Assembly: GCA_965215195.1 (NCBI GenBank)
Contig: CBDCDC010000002.1
Span: 3,680,001-3,744,000 of the forward strand
Length of the DNA stretch: 64,000 nt
Source of the DNA: Candidatus Latescibacterota bacterium
Lineage (GTDB): Bacteria; Latescibacterota; UBA2968; UBA8231
Reading direction: 5' to 3'
Translations under genes and position numbers: made by a program
Shown: positions 10,048 to 18,547 of the stretch, piece by piece
How positions within the stretch are numbered: the first letter of the stretch is position 1
How the letters are laid out: the number at the start of each line of letters is the position of its first letter
The notes under the pieces: model-generated
Told to the model about the DNA's origin: nothing
What the model saw: only the letters and a program-made list of their open reading frames with translations
Databases searched by the model: none

Positions 10048-10770
10048 TCAGCGCACCGAAACGGTAGCGGGTGGCCGGTATCCCTTGAAGACGTCGCGTT
10101 GGAACCCGTAGGTCAGATCTACGGTCTCCACCGGCTCATCAGCGTAGTTGAAACGAACGGCAACGTCGTTGACGTGGACGGCCAACTCGGCCACGTCCGG
10201 GGGCATGGGTGGAAATACGATAAAGCCTTCGTACTCTTGGCCGCTGAAGATCATCTCGTCGGCATACATGTGGAGACGCAGCAGATCTTCACGCTCGCGC
10301 ATGCGCACATAGTAGTTCCCGGCCCAAGCCAACGCATACGCTCGGTAGTACTCACTGATTTCGAGGAATGTCAGGGGCTTGTAGAAACGCTCGCTGGCGG
10401 ATCGCAACTCAATTCTAGACGGATCGATCTTGACCTTCGGATACGCATAGTTTTTGATCCGCAGAAGGAATACGGTAAATCGCTGGGGCGTAAATGACTC
10501 TCCTGGGGGGGTCCAATCGCCGAATGTAAAGGGGTTAGTGGAGCGTGCTCCGTTGGCCGACTTTGTGGCGAAACTGCGGTTGAGCTCCGCGTCCGTCATG
10601 GGTCGCAGCGCGATATCGAGCCTCTCGAAGACGTAGGCCACCGATCCATCGTCGTGGACCACCATGTGTTCGCCTTGCTCGGACTTGGGCTTGGGCTGGA
10701 GAGGCCCCGGGAAGTAGCGCCCACAGCCGGACACAATCAGAATCAGCAGGCAGCTACAAATCGCTCTCAA
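10048..10770 (-). CDS. Hypothetical lipoprotein
   Basis: 240-aa ORF with a lipobox (LILIVSGC) and a beta-rich body; tightly coupled to the downstream gene. Confidence 0.75.
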   Translation of the reverse strand: MRAICSCLLILIVSGCGRYFPGPLQPKPKSEQGEHMVVHDDGSVAYVFERLDIALRPMTDAELNRSFATKSANGARSTNPFTFGDWTPPGESFTPQRFTVFLLRIKNYAYPKVKIDPSRIELRSASERFYKPLTFLEISEYYRAYALAWAGNYYVRMREREDLLRLHMYADEMIFSGQEYEGFIVFPPMPPDVAELAVHVNDVAVRFNYADEPVETVDLTYGFQRDVFKGYRPPATVSVR

Positions 10771-10800
10771 AACGATCTCTCCGCGCAGTGCAGTTTAGAT

Positions 10801-10833
10801 AAAATAAGGAGGGAGGACCGTCCTCCCTCCTTA
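10801..10833 (-). terminator. Rho-independent terminator or stabilising hairpin inside the operon
   Basis: Perfect 13-bp inverted repeat TAAGGAGGGAGGA-ccg-TCCTCCCTCCTTA, followed by TTTT on the minus strand, about 30 nt after the stop at 10866. Confidence 0.75.
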
Positions 10834-10865
10834 GATGGAACAAGAGCTGTGGAGCGTTTCCCTAC

Positions 10866-11759
10866 TTACCGCATCAGGGCTTTCACCGCACCCCAGCTAC
10901 TCCCCTCGACGGCTGTGGCGAACTCACCGGTGCTTAGCAAGGTAAATTCGGAGGAGAATTCCGAGCTATGGGCACCGCCGTTTTGGATGTGCGTCGTGAT
11001 TTGGTGCGTTCGGCCTCCACTGTCCGCCTCATTGAGGCTCAGTGACATGCCGATCGTCTGGCCTGCTTCAAATATCCAGCGGACGCTTGCGTCGCGGCCA
11101 TCTGGCTGGTACGGATCGTAGGCCTCCATGCGAACTTCGTAGTTCACCGTCACGTCAGCGGCCAAGTGCCCGGCACCCGCTGGCGAGACCACGACGGCCC
11201 CCTCAACAGCACCCGACTCGGGACCCCACTGCATCTCCGCAGGCTGGTTCCAGCGCAGGAAGGACACGAGGGGGTAACCTCCGGGACGGGCGTAGTGGAA
11301 GGTCCACTGCTGGTGTCCGGTGCGGAGGGCGTCAGCCGCCTCGTTCCACACGCCGTGGTCGGGATCCAGAATGAGCTCGAGATCGTCGTCATGCCAACCA
11401 TCGTTTGGCTCGGTGACATCGGCGTTCAGCGTGTCGTCGACGACGCGCGTGAATACGTAGAGCCGATTGTCCGGCTCCGGTGTCCAGCCGACGTGGTGAG
11501 CGATGTCGAGGTCGCTGCGCGCTGGAAACTCACCCTCGCCGATCACGTCGCACAGTTGGTCGCGACCGATGATGAAGTCCGGATCGTACCAGGCCCAGTC
11601 GCTGTCGTCGCCATCGGGGTTCATGGATTCTGGGTTTGGCACCTGCAGGGCAAAATAGCCGATACCGTTGCAGTTTTCGTATGCCGCTACCGGAGCCGCG
11701 AAACCTGCCAGCAGCACAGTGCCGAGGACTAGTGTGCTGAGAACTGCTTTCTTGTGCAT
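10866..11759 (-). CDS. Secreted CBM9/DOMON-like sugar-binding-fold protein with TAVExxSWGxxKA C-terminal tail
   Basis: Signal peptide AAPVAA-YE; DGDDSDW..GW..RLYVFTRVVDD..DDLELILDPD..YEVR..GQTIGMSLSLNEAD pattern; ends TAVEGSSWGAVKALMR; SD GAGGAG. Confidence 0.7.
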   Translation of the reverse strand: MHKKAVLSTLVLGTVLLAGFAAPVAAYENCNGIGYFALQVPNPESMNPDGDDSDWAWYDPDFIIGRDQLCDVIGEGEFPARSDLDIAHHVGWTPEPDNRLYVFTRVVDDTLNADVTEPNDGWHDDDLELILDPDHGVWNEAADALRTGHQQWTFHYARPGGYPLVSFLRWNQPAEMQWGPESGAVEGAVVVSPAGAGHLAADVTVNYEVRMEAYDPYQPDGRDASVRWIFEAGQTIGMSLSLNEADSGGRTHQITTHIQNGGAHSSEFSSEFTLLSTGEFATAVEGSSWGAVKALMR

Positions 11760-11884
11760 GAGATCTCCTCTCGTTCATGTCTTCACTTCACCCTTTGGCC
11801 GAAGGAAGACGGTAGATTGGCGCGGAAAAATGAACATCTACGCCGCTTGTGAATCAACCTATTATACAGGTTAGCGAAGGCAGT

Positions 11885-11913
11885 AATCTATGACGCGAGA
11901 GCAAAAATTTCAA
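11885..11913 (-). promoter_or_regulatory. Sigma70-type promoter of the 1-11.8 kb operon
   Basis: Minus strand TTGAAA-17 nt-TAGATT in the AT-rich divergent intergenic region. Confidence 0.5.
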
Positions 11914-12174
11914 GACCTTTTTTGACTGGTGAGTCAGTAAGGTGCAAGGCGTACCTAAAAACAATAACATCTTTTATAAACAACTATTTGTCGTTTCTTC
12001 TATTGGAAGCCACTGGAGGTGAAAGGGCCTATCGCATCGCGGCTCCGCAGTCGCAATTGATACGACCAAATTTAACCTCTACACGCGCTTGACTGCGTCT
12101 TTGAAAGGTGAGTAACTTGAATCTCCGCTTGGATTCGGAGTATCGACGCTCCACGGATTAACTTATGATGTACT

Positions 12175-13890
12175 GTGATGCACAGCAGCGATCCAAATGC
12201 ACAGACAAAGACGAGTCGATATCGTCGATGGATCCGTCGGGTGCTGCGAGTTGCTTTGGTGGCAGCACCCGTTTTGTCGGGCTGCAGCGACGATAGAAAA
12301 TCGGCTCTTACCCTCCCTCGATTCAGCGAGGTCGCGGCCGAGTCCGGGATCGAATTCCGCCACTTCAATGGTGCTGCCGGGTCCTACTACTATCCCGAAA
12401 CCCATGGCTCGGGTGCGGCATTTGCCGACTTCAACGGCGACGGCTTTCCCGATCTCTACGTCGTGAACAGCGCTGCTATCCACGGCGTACTCACCGCTCA
12501 TCTGCCTGCCAATGCCCTATTCGCGAATCAGACCGACGGGACCTTCGTCGATAGAGCAGCGGAGGCAGGGGTCGCCGACACGAGCTTTGGCATGGGGGTC
12601 GGCGTTGGGGACATCGACAACGACGGCCACGCCGATCTCTACGTCGCGAACTGGGGTGCCAATCGGCTCTACCGAAACTTGGGCCATGGCCGCTTTGCGG
12701 ACGTGACCGAACGGTCGGGAACCGGCGATCTGCGGGTATCGACGAGCACGGCCTTCGCCGACATCGATCTCGACAGTGATTTGGATCTGTATGTCGCCAA
12801 CGACGTGCGGATTGTCGGAGACGATCTCCCAGAGTGCTACCGCGGACTGATTCGGATCTACTGTGGCCCCGGTGCCTACCCCGGCGATTCCGGGTCTCTG
12901 TTCCGCAACGACGGCGACCTCCGTTTCACAGATATCACCGACTCAATGGGTGTCTGGAGCGAAGAAGGTCGGCAGCTAGGCGTGGCCTTCGCCGACTACG
13001 ACGATGACGGCGACCCCGATCTCTATGTCGCCAATGACCACGAGCCAAACTTCCTGTTCCGCAACGACGGGTCCCGATTCGCCGAGGTCGGTGTCTCCGC
13101 TGGCGTCGCCACGAGCCCCGATGGTGCCGCGGAAGCGGGCATGGGCACCGATTGGTCCGACTACGATCGCGACGGTCGCCTCGACCTAGGCGTGTGCAAT
13201 TTCCAGTGGGAGCCCTGCCGGCTGCTGCACAATGCCGGGGCGGGTCAATTCGCAGACCACACCGCGCAGAGCGGACTGGGAGGGCCGACCTATCAAACCC
13301 TCACCTTCGGGGCAGATTTCATCGATGTCGACAACGACGGATACCCCGATCTGTTCCTCGCCAACGGCCACGTTGAGCCCAACATCGAGATTCTCGACAG
13401 CGCCGGCCCGCGCTATGCGCAGCACGACCAGCTCTTCCTGAACAATCGCGACGGCACATTCACCGACGTGACCGCGGCGAGCGGTCTGACGGCGTTCTCC
13501 GCGGGCGTGGGGCGAGGCTCAGCCGCGGCCGACTACGACAACGACGGCGATGTCGACCTGTTCGTGTCAAACAACAACCAACGCCCGCACCTTCTCAGAA
13601 ACGACGGTGGAAACCGAGCCAACTGGATTTCAGTCGAGGTACAAGGTACGCGGAGCAATCGCAGTGGAATCGGCGCGCGCGTCACCGTGTTCTCCGCTGA
13701 TCTACAGCAGATGGCCGAGGTACGGGGGGGTAGCAGCTACCTGTCGCACAACGATCTGCGACTGCACTTCGGCCTTGGTCGCAGGACAACGGTGGACCGC
13801 ATCTTAGTTCGTTGGCCATCGGGTGGATTGCAGACTGTGGGCCCCGTGCCGGCAAGGCGCTTTGTGCGAATCGTAGAAGGCGAGCTGTGA
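12175..13890 (+). CDS. CRTAC1 family (FG-GAP/VCBS repeats plus ASPIC/UnbV) protein
   Basis: Repeated ADFNGDGFPDLYVVN and GDIDNDGHADLYVAN motifs; C-terminal SNRSGIGARV..GSSYLS..LHFGLG..VRWPSG; possible lipobox VLSGC. Confidence 0.92.
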   Translation: MMHSSDPNAQTKTSRYRRWIRRVLRVALVAAPVLSGCSDDRKSALTLPRFSEVAAESGIEFRHFNGAAGSYYYPETHGSGAAFADFNGDGFPDLYVVNSAAIHGVLTAHLPANALFANQTDGTFVDRAAEAGVADTSFGMGVGVGDIDNDGHADLYVANWGANRLYRNLGHGRFADVTERSGTGDLRVSTSTAFADIDLDSDLDLYVANDVRIVGDDLPECYRGLIRIYCGPGAYPGDSGSLFRNDGDLRFTDITDSMGVWSEEGRQLGVAFADYDDDGDPDLYVANDHEPNFLFRNDGSRFAEVGVSAGVATSPDGAAEAGMGTDWSDYDRDGRLDLGVCNFQWEPCRLLHNAGAGQFADHTAQSGLGGPTYQTLTFGADFIDVDNDGYPDLFLANGHVEPNIEILDSAGPRYAQHDQLFLNNRDGTFTDVTAASGLTAFSAGVGRGSAAADYDNDGDVDLFVSNNNQRPHLLRNDGGNRANWISVEVQGTRSNRSGIGARVTVFSADLQQMAEVRGGSSYLSHNDLRLHFGLGRRTTVDRILVRWPSGGLQTVGPVPARRFVRIVEGEL

Positions 13891-15431
13891 GAGCACGTGC
13901 GTGGTTCCTTGCCTTAATGGCTCTCGTCGGGTGCGAAAGCCAACGCCCTGCTGCGGACGCGCCGCCCACAGCGGACGAGTTGGGGCGGTTGCGGCTAACG
14001 CATGAAAAGCGACTGCGCGAACGCCCCGGCGATCTCGAGACCCGGGTGTTGCTTGCCCGCGTACTGCTCGACTTGGGTCACCTCGATCAATCAATGGATC
14101 AGTTCCAAATGGTTCTTCGCTCGGATAGTCTGCACGTGGGGGCCCTGATGGGTCTCAGCGAGGTTCTAGCTCGGATCCGCGATCACGCGATGGCTCTCTC
14201 CTTGGCGAAGCGGGCTGTCGCGGCCAAGCGCAATGCGGAGACTTTGGAGAGGCTAGCGGTGGCGTGGCTGGAGGTCGGACAGCTCGCGAACGCCCAGTTT
14301 GCGCTCGCCGAAGCGATCGCGCTGGATCCGGCCCGCCCGACGCTTCACAAGTTGATGGGGGTGCTACTGGCCGCTCAAGGTGATGTAGCGGCAGCGCAGA
14401 CTTCGCTGGAGCGAGCGGTGGAACTGGATCCCACATCGCACGAGGCCAGCTTCGCATTGGGCGTTCTCCAGTGCGAGCGCCTACGTAGCTGTGCGGAAGG
14501 TTTGCACCTCCTCCAGCGAGCCATCGCCTTGGCACCGGACAGCGTCCGATACGAGGTAGCGGCAGGCCGCGCCCTCCTGCAGGTAGGACGGACCCGCGAG
14601 GCCCTACAGGCATTCTCCACAGCGGTCGATCTCGACCCCTCTTCGGTGGAGGCGCACGTCGGTCTGGGCGTGTCCCGAGCCAAGCTAAAAATGTACGTCG
14701 AAGCGGCCACCGCTCTTGAGAGGGCACTCGAACTCGACCCGGTGCATCCCGATGTCCGTCTTCAGTTGGCTTCCGCGTACCGCCATCTGGGTCGTACCCG
14801 GGACGCCGAAGAGCAGGACGCCGCCCATCGGAGAATCGAACCGCACGTGGCTAAAATCGAAAGCCTGCGTGCGCTGGCCCAGCGAGGCCGCAATCCCAAT
14901 GCACACTTCGACCTCGCTCGTCTCTACGCCCGCCTCGGTCACGACGCGGGAACCGTAAAACACCTGCGCGACGGCTTGTCCCTCCAGCCGGACAACGCCC
15001 GAGCTTGGCAGAACCTCGGCAATGCCCACGTCCGCTTGGGTCGTCCCGGCGAGGCGATCTCGGCGTACCGCCAAGCCCTGAACCTCGAGCCGGACTATGG
15101 CTTGGCGTGGTACAACTTAGGTACGGCCTACGCTACCAGAGGCTACATCAACCTAAGTCGCGAGGCGTACGAACGGGCTTTGGAGTTGTCCGAGCATTCG
15201 GCGGATGTTTTCATCGCGCTGGGGAACCTCGAATTGCAACAAGGCGATGCCCATGCAGCGGCCGAGCGCTACGAACAGGCGCTGGCCCAAGATCCCGATC
15301 TGCCATCGGCACAGCGGGGTCTCGTGCTCGCGTACCGGCAGGCCGGTGACTGGGCAGCGGCAGCTCAAGCCATCGCAACATTCAGGAACAAGGCGTCTCC
15401 GCCCTCTCCGCCACCGATGAAGGGCCCCTAG
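13887..15431 (+). CDS. Tetratricopeptide repeat lipoprotein
   Basis: GTG start overlapping the upstream TGA; LMALVGC lipobox; many TPR units (AWQNLGNAHVRLGRPGEAISAYRQALNLEPD). Confidence 0.9.
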   Translation: MRARAWFLALMALVGCESQRPAADAPPTADELGRLRLTHEKRLRERPGDLETRVLLARVLLDLGHLDQSMDQFQMVLRSDSLHVGALMGLSEVLARIRDHAMALSLAKRAVAAKRNAETLERLAVAWLEVGQLANAQFALAEAIALDPARPTLHKLMGVLLAAQGDVAAAQTSLERAVELDPTSHEASFALGVLQCERLRSCAEGLHLLQRAIALAPDSVRYEVAAGRALLQVGRTREALQAFSTAVDLDPSSVEAHVGLGVSRAKLKMYVEAATALERALELDPVHPDVRLQLASAYRHLGRTRDAEEQDAAHRRIEPHVAKIESLRALAQRGRNPNAHFDLARLYARLGHDAGTVKHLRDGLSLQPDNARAWQNLGNAHVRLGRPGEAISAYRQALNLEPDYGLAWYNLGTAYATRGYINLSREAYERALELSEHSADVFIALGNLELQQGDAHAAAERYEQALAQDPDLPSAQRGLVLAYRQAGDWAAAAQAIATFRNKASPPSPPPMKGP

Positions 15432-15436
15432 ATCAA

Positions 15437-16798
15437 ATGATGACTCAACCCCGCATCCTTCCCCTCCTAGTCCCCCTGATTCTGGTGCTGTCGGCGAGTT
15501 CCTCAGGCGCAGCCACATCGCTTGTCGTCGACTACGTCGCCATCCCTCAGATCGACTACGAACCGGCGATCTACTACGATGATGGAGACCCCCTGCCGCA
15601 TCTGGCTTTCGAGCGCATCGACTGGACGCGCATCGTCGCCAAGCGGCACAGACGCGTGGTATTAGAGTCCAACTATGTGCGCGTGGAGGTGCTGCCGGAG
15701 ATGGGACGGGTGTACTCCCTTATCGACAAGCGGACCGGGCACGACGCGCTGTGGAAGAACGACATCGTGCGCCCCGGCGGGGCGAACAACCCCACTGGCT
15801 GGTGGCTCTGGATCGGCGGGATCGAGTATACGCTTCCAGGCTACGAGCACGGCACGACCTTCGCGCTGCCTTGGACGTGGAAAATTTTGGAAGATTGCCC
15901 AGAACGGGTATCTATGTCGATGGCAACCACGGAGCCGCTGACGGGCCTGACCCAGAGAATCAGGCTGACGGTCCATCAAGGCTCGGCCGCGATGGAGGCC
16001 CAGATCCGCCTCCACAATCCAGGAGCCGATACCGTTCAGTTCGCCCACTGGATCAATCCCATGTGGGCCCCTGGAGGCGAGAACGAGCTGACCGACAACA
16101 CCGAGTTCATCATCCCCACCGCGCGCATCCTGATCGCTGACCGCTGGCAGAAAAACCTAGGACCGAGTCCACAGGTCTGGAGCGCGAGCCCGCTGCGCTA
16201 CCTCCGCGGGTGGAAGGCCGGGGATATCATGGCCGACGGATTGACGGCCGGCTATTACAGCGCCTACTCCCACGACGCCGAAGAGGGCGTGGTCCGAGTC
16301 TTCGATCCCGTCCTCAACCCCGGTGTCGACGTATGGACCTACGGCTTCCATCCGACGGGGATTCCCATGGGATCTGGCCAGCCCAACAAGGGCTATGTCG
16401 AGATGTGGGGTGGCACGTCGGTGCTTTTTCCCGATGAGACACGGCCCCTCCCACCCGGAGGCTCGCTTGCGTGGACAGAGTGGATGTATAGCTACCGGGA
16501 AACGAAGGGGATGAGTGCGGCATCGCAGATCGGCGCGATTCGCGGCAGCCTAGACGACGGGTTGCTGGACATCGCCCTTTCGCCCGCTCTCGAGGTGCCC
16601 AATGTCGCCATCGAAGTGTCGGTGGGTGGTGAAGTGACCGTTCGAGACTCGGCCTCGCTGACTCCGGCGAGGGTCCTGCACCGCTCCTACCCGATTGAGG
16701 CCGCGGAACCACCGGACGATCTCGCCGTCGAGGTGCGACAAGGGGCCCTTCAGCTCCTGTGGTTTCCGATTACAGGGGAGAATCGGCGTCTCAAATAA
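15437..16798 (+). CDS. DUF5107-like (galactose-mutarotase-like) exported protein
   Basis: VVLESNYVRVEVLPEMGRVYSLIDKRTG..N.IVRP..WLWIGGIEY..YVEMWGG motifs; signal peptide. Confidence 0.75.
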   Translation: MMTQPRILPLLVPLILVLSASSSGAATSLVVDYVAIPQIDYEPAIYYDDGDPLPHLAFERIDWTRIVAKRHRRVVLESNYVRVEVLPEMGRVYSLIDKRTGHDALWKNDIVRPGGANNPTGWWLWIGGIEYTLPGYEHGTTFALPWTWKILEDCPERVSMSMATTEPLTGLTQRIRLTVHQGSAAMEAQIRLHNPGADTVQFAHWINPMWAPGGENELTDNTEFIIPTARILIADRWQKNLGPSPQVWSASPLRYLRGWKAGDIMADGLTAGYYSAYSHDAEEGVVRVFDPVLNPGVDVWTYGFHPTGIPMGSGQPNKGYVEMWGGTSVLFPDETRPLPPGGSLAWTEWMYSYRETKGMSAASQIGAIRGSLDDGLLDIALSPALEVPNVAIEVSVGGEVTVRDSASLTPARVLHRSYPIEAAEPPDDLAVEVRQGALQLLWFPITGENRRLK

Positions 16799-16891
16799 CT
16801 TTTTTACAACGACCTGCCCCCTTCTCTTACTGTCTGATCACTGACTCGGCGGCGGCCCTTTGTTATCTACCCCTTGCGATGGAAGCGATGT

Positions 16892-16928
16892 TTGCACTCA
16901 GGGGTCATTTTCCTTACTTTCAAGTAAG
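16892..16928 (+). promoter_or_regulatory. TA operon promoter with palindromic operator
   Basis: TTGCAC-17-TACTTT, overlapped by the palindrome CTTACTT-TC-AAGTAAG (16913-16928). This layout is typical of antitoxin autorepression. Confidence 0.6.
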
Positions 16929-16957
16929 AAATAAACATTCAACAAGAGGATCATAGC

Positions 16958-17212
16958 ATGGCAACAGCAACGCTGACAAGCAAGGGGCAAGTCACAATTC
17001 CCAAAACCGTTCGCGAGGCTCTTCAACTCCGTGAAGGCGATAAAGTCGATTTTATGCTTACGGAAAATGGTGAAGCGCTCCTAACACCTATAGTTAAAAA
17101 AATAAAAGTAGATGAAATTTTCGGGAAGTTATATAAATCTAGCCGAAAGCCTGTTTCGGTTCCCCAAATGAAGTCTGAAATTAAGCAAAAAATGAAGGCA
17201 CGTTTTAAGTGA
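16958..17212 (+). CDS. AbrB/MazE/SpoVT family antitoxin
   Basis: ATLTSKGQVTIPKTVREALQLREGDKVDF signature. Confidence 0.93.
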   Translation: MATATLTSKGQVTIPKTVREALQLREGDKVDFMLTENGEALLTPIVKKIKVDEIFGKLYKSSRKPVSVPQMKSEIKQKMKARFK

Positions 17213-17607
17213 AAGCATTAGACACAAATGTGCTTGTTCGCTTTCTCGTACGGGATGACAAAAAACAAGCAGAAATTGTGTACAGGCTTTTTAAGCGAGC
17301 AGAAGGCAAAAACGACTCCTTTTTTGTTCCTTTGCTCGTCGTGCTCGAAACCATCTGGGTATTGGAATCTGCATATGAAATTCCACGAGAAGAAATCCGC
17401 ACGTCTCTTCAGGAACTTCTTCTCATGCCTATTTTGATATTTGAGGCCCAATCTGCTCTGCAAAGTACTCTCTCATCTGCTCAGACAAACAAAATAGATC
17501 TTGCGGATTTGTTAATTGCACACTCAGCAAAATTTTCAAATTGTGATAGTGTTCTCACTTTTGATAAAAAAGCATCTAAATTCACGCTGTTTGAGCAGTT
17601 AAGGTAG
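17209..17607 (+). CDS. vapC: VapC/PIN-domain toxin
   Basis: LDTNVLVRFL..LETIWVL..DLADLLIA..LTFDKK; GTGA overlap with the antitoxin gene. Confidence 0.92.
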   Translation: MKALDTNVLVRFLVRDDKKQAEIVYRLFKRAEGKNDSFFVPLLVVLETIWVLESAYEIPREEIRTSLQELLLMPILIFEAQSALQSTLSSAQTNKIDLADLLIAHSAKFSNCDSVLTFDKKASKFTLFEQLR

Positions 17608-17707
17608 TCCACATATTATGGTGTCCGACAGCGCGAGGATGGATATATACACGCCGCTGTCGAAATGCTGCCACCCAACCCTTTAATCATGCGGAGAACC
17701 TCACCTC

Positions 17708-18535
17708 ATGTACAATCTCAACGGCAAGGTCGCCCTCGTCACCGGCGCGGGCGGCGAACGCGGCATTGGCCGCGCCATCTGCCAGCGCCTCGCACGCGAA
17801 GGCTGCGACCTCGTGGTCAATGACTTGCGCGCCCAGCCTTATAGCGCGTCTAGCTGGGGCGGCCTGCCCGCCCTCGTCGCCGAAGTCGAAGCGGCCGGGC
17901 GGCAGGCCCTCGCGGTGGAGGCCGACGTGTCCAACGCCGCCCAAGTCGAGGGCATGGTACAAGACGCGCTCGCCCGCTTTGGCCGCATCGACCTGCTGGT
18001 CAACAACGCCGGCTCGCGCCCCGGGCCAGACCGCGTCCCAGTCGTCGATCTAAGCGAAGCCGCCTGGGACCAAGTGCAAAGCGTCAACGTCAAGGGCACC
18101 TTTCTCTGCTCGCGCGCCGTGGCCCGGCACCTGATCGACCGCGGCGACGGCGGCAAGATCATCAACATGTCCTCTACGGCCGGCCGCCAAGGATTGCCGC
18201 GCTACGCCGCGTACTGCGCGTCCAAATTCGCCATCATCGGCCTTACCCAATCCCTCGCCGGCGAGCTCGCCCCCCACCGGATCAACGTCAACGCCGTCTG
18301 CCCGGGCAATACCCTCACCGAGCGCACCCACTACATCGCTGCGGGCCTCGCCGAGCGCGACGAGCCAGACGCCCACACCACGGCCGCCCTAGTCCACGAC
18401 CTCGAAGCGCAAACGCCCTTGGGCCGCGTGGGCACGCCCGAGGACGTGGCCCGCGCCGTGGCCTTTCTCGCCTCGGACGAAGCCGAGTACCTCACGGGCG
18501 TGTCGCTGTTGGTGGCTGGCGGCTTTCAGATGTGA
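17708..18535 (+). CDS. Short-chain dehydrogenase/reductase (SDR)
   Basis: TGAGGERGIG, NNAG and YCASK motifs. Confidence 0.95.
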   Translation: MYNLNGKVALVTGAGGERGIGRAICQRLAREGCDLVVNDLRAQPYSASSWGGLPALVAEVEAAGRQALAVEADVSNAAQVEGMVQDALARFGRIDLLVNNAGSRPGPDRVPVVDLSEAAWDQVQSVNVKGTFLCSRAVARHLIDRGDGGKIINMSSTAGRQGLPRYAAYCASKFAIIGLTQSLAGELAPHRINVNAVCPGNTLTERTHYIAAGLAERDEPDAHTTAALVHDLEAQTPLGRVGTPEDVARAVAFLASDEAEYLTGVSLLVAGGFQM

Positions 18536-18547
18536 AATCGGGCTCGT

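Noticed and set aside
16810-16825. GACCTGCCCC resembling an IS3-family end
   Set aside because: No matching inverted repeat or transposase remnant was found nearby.
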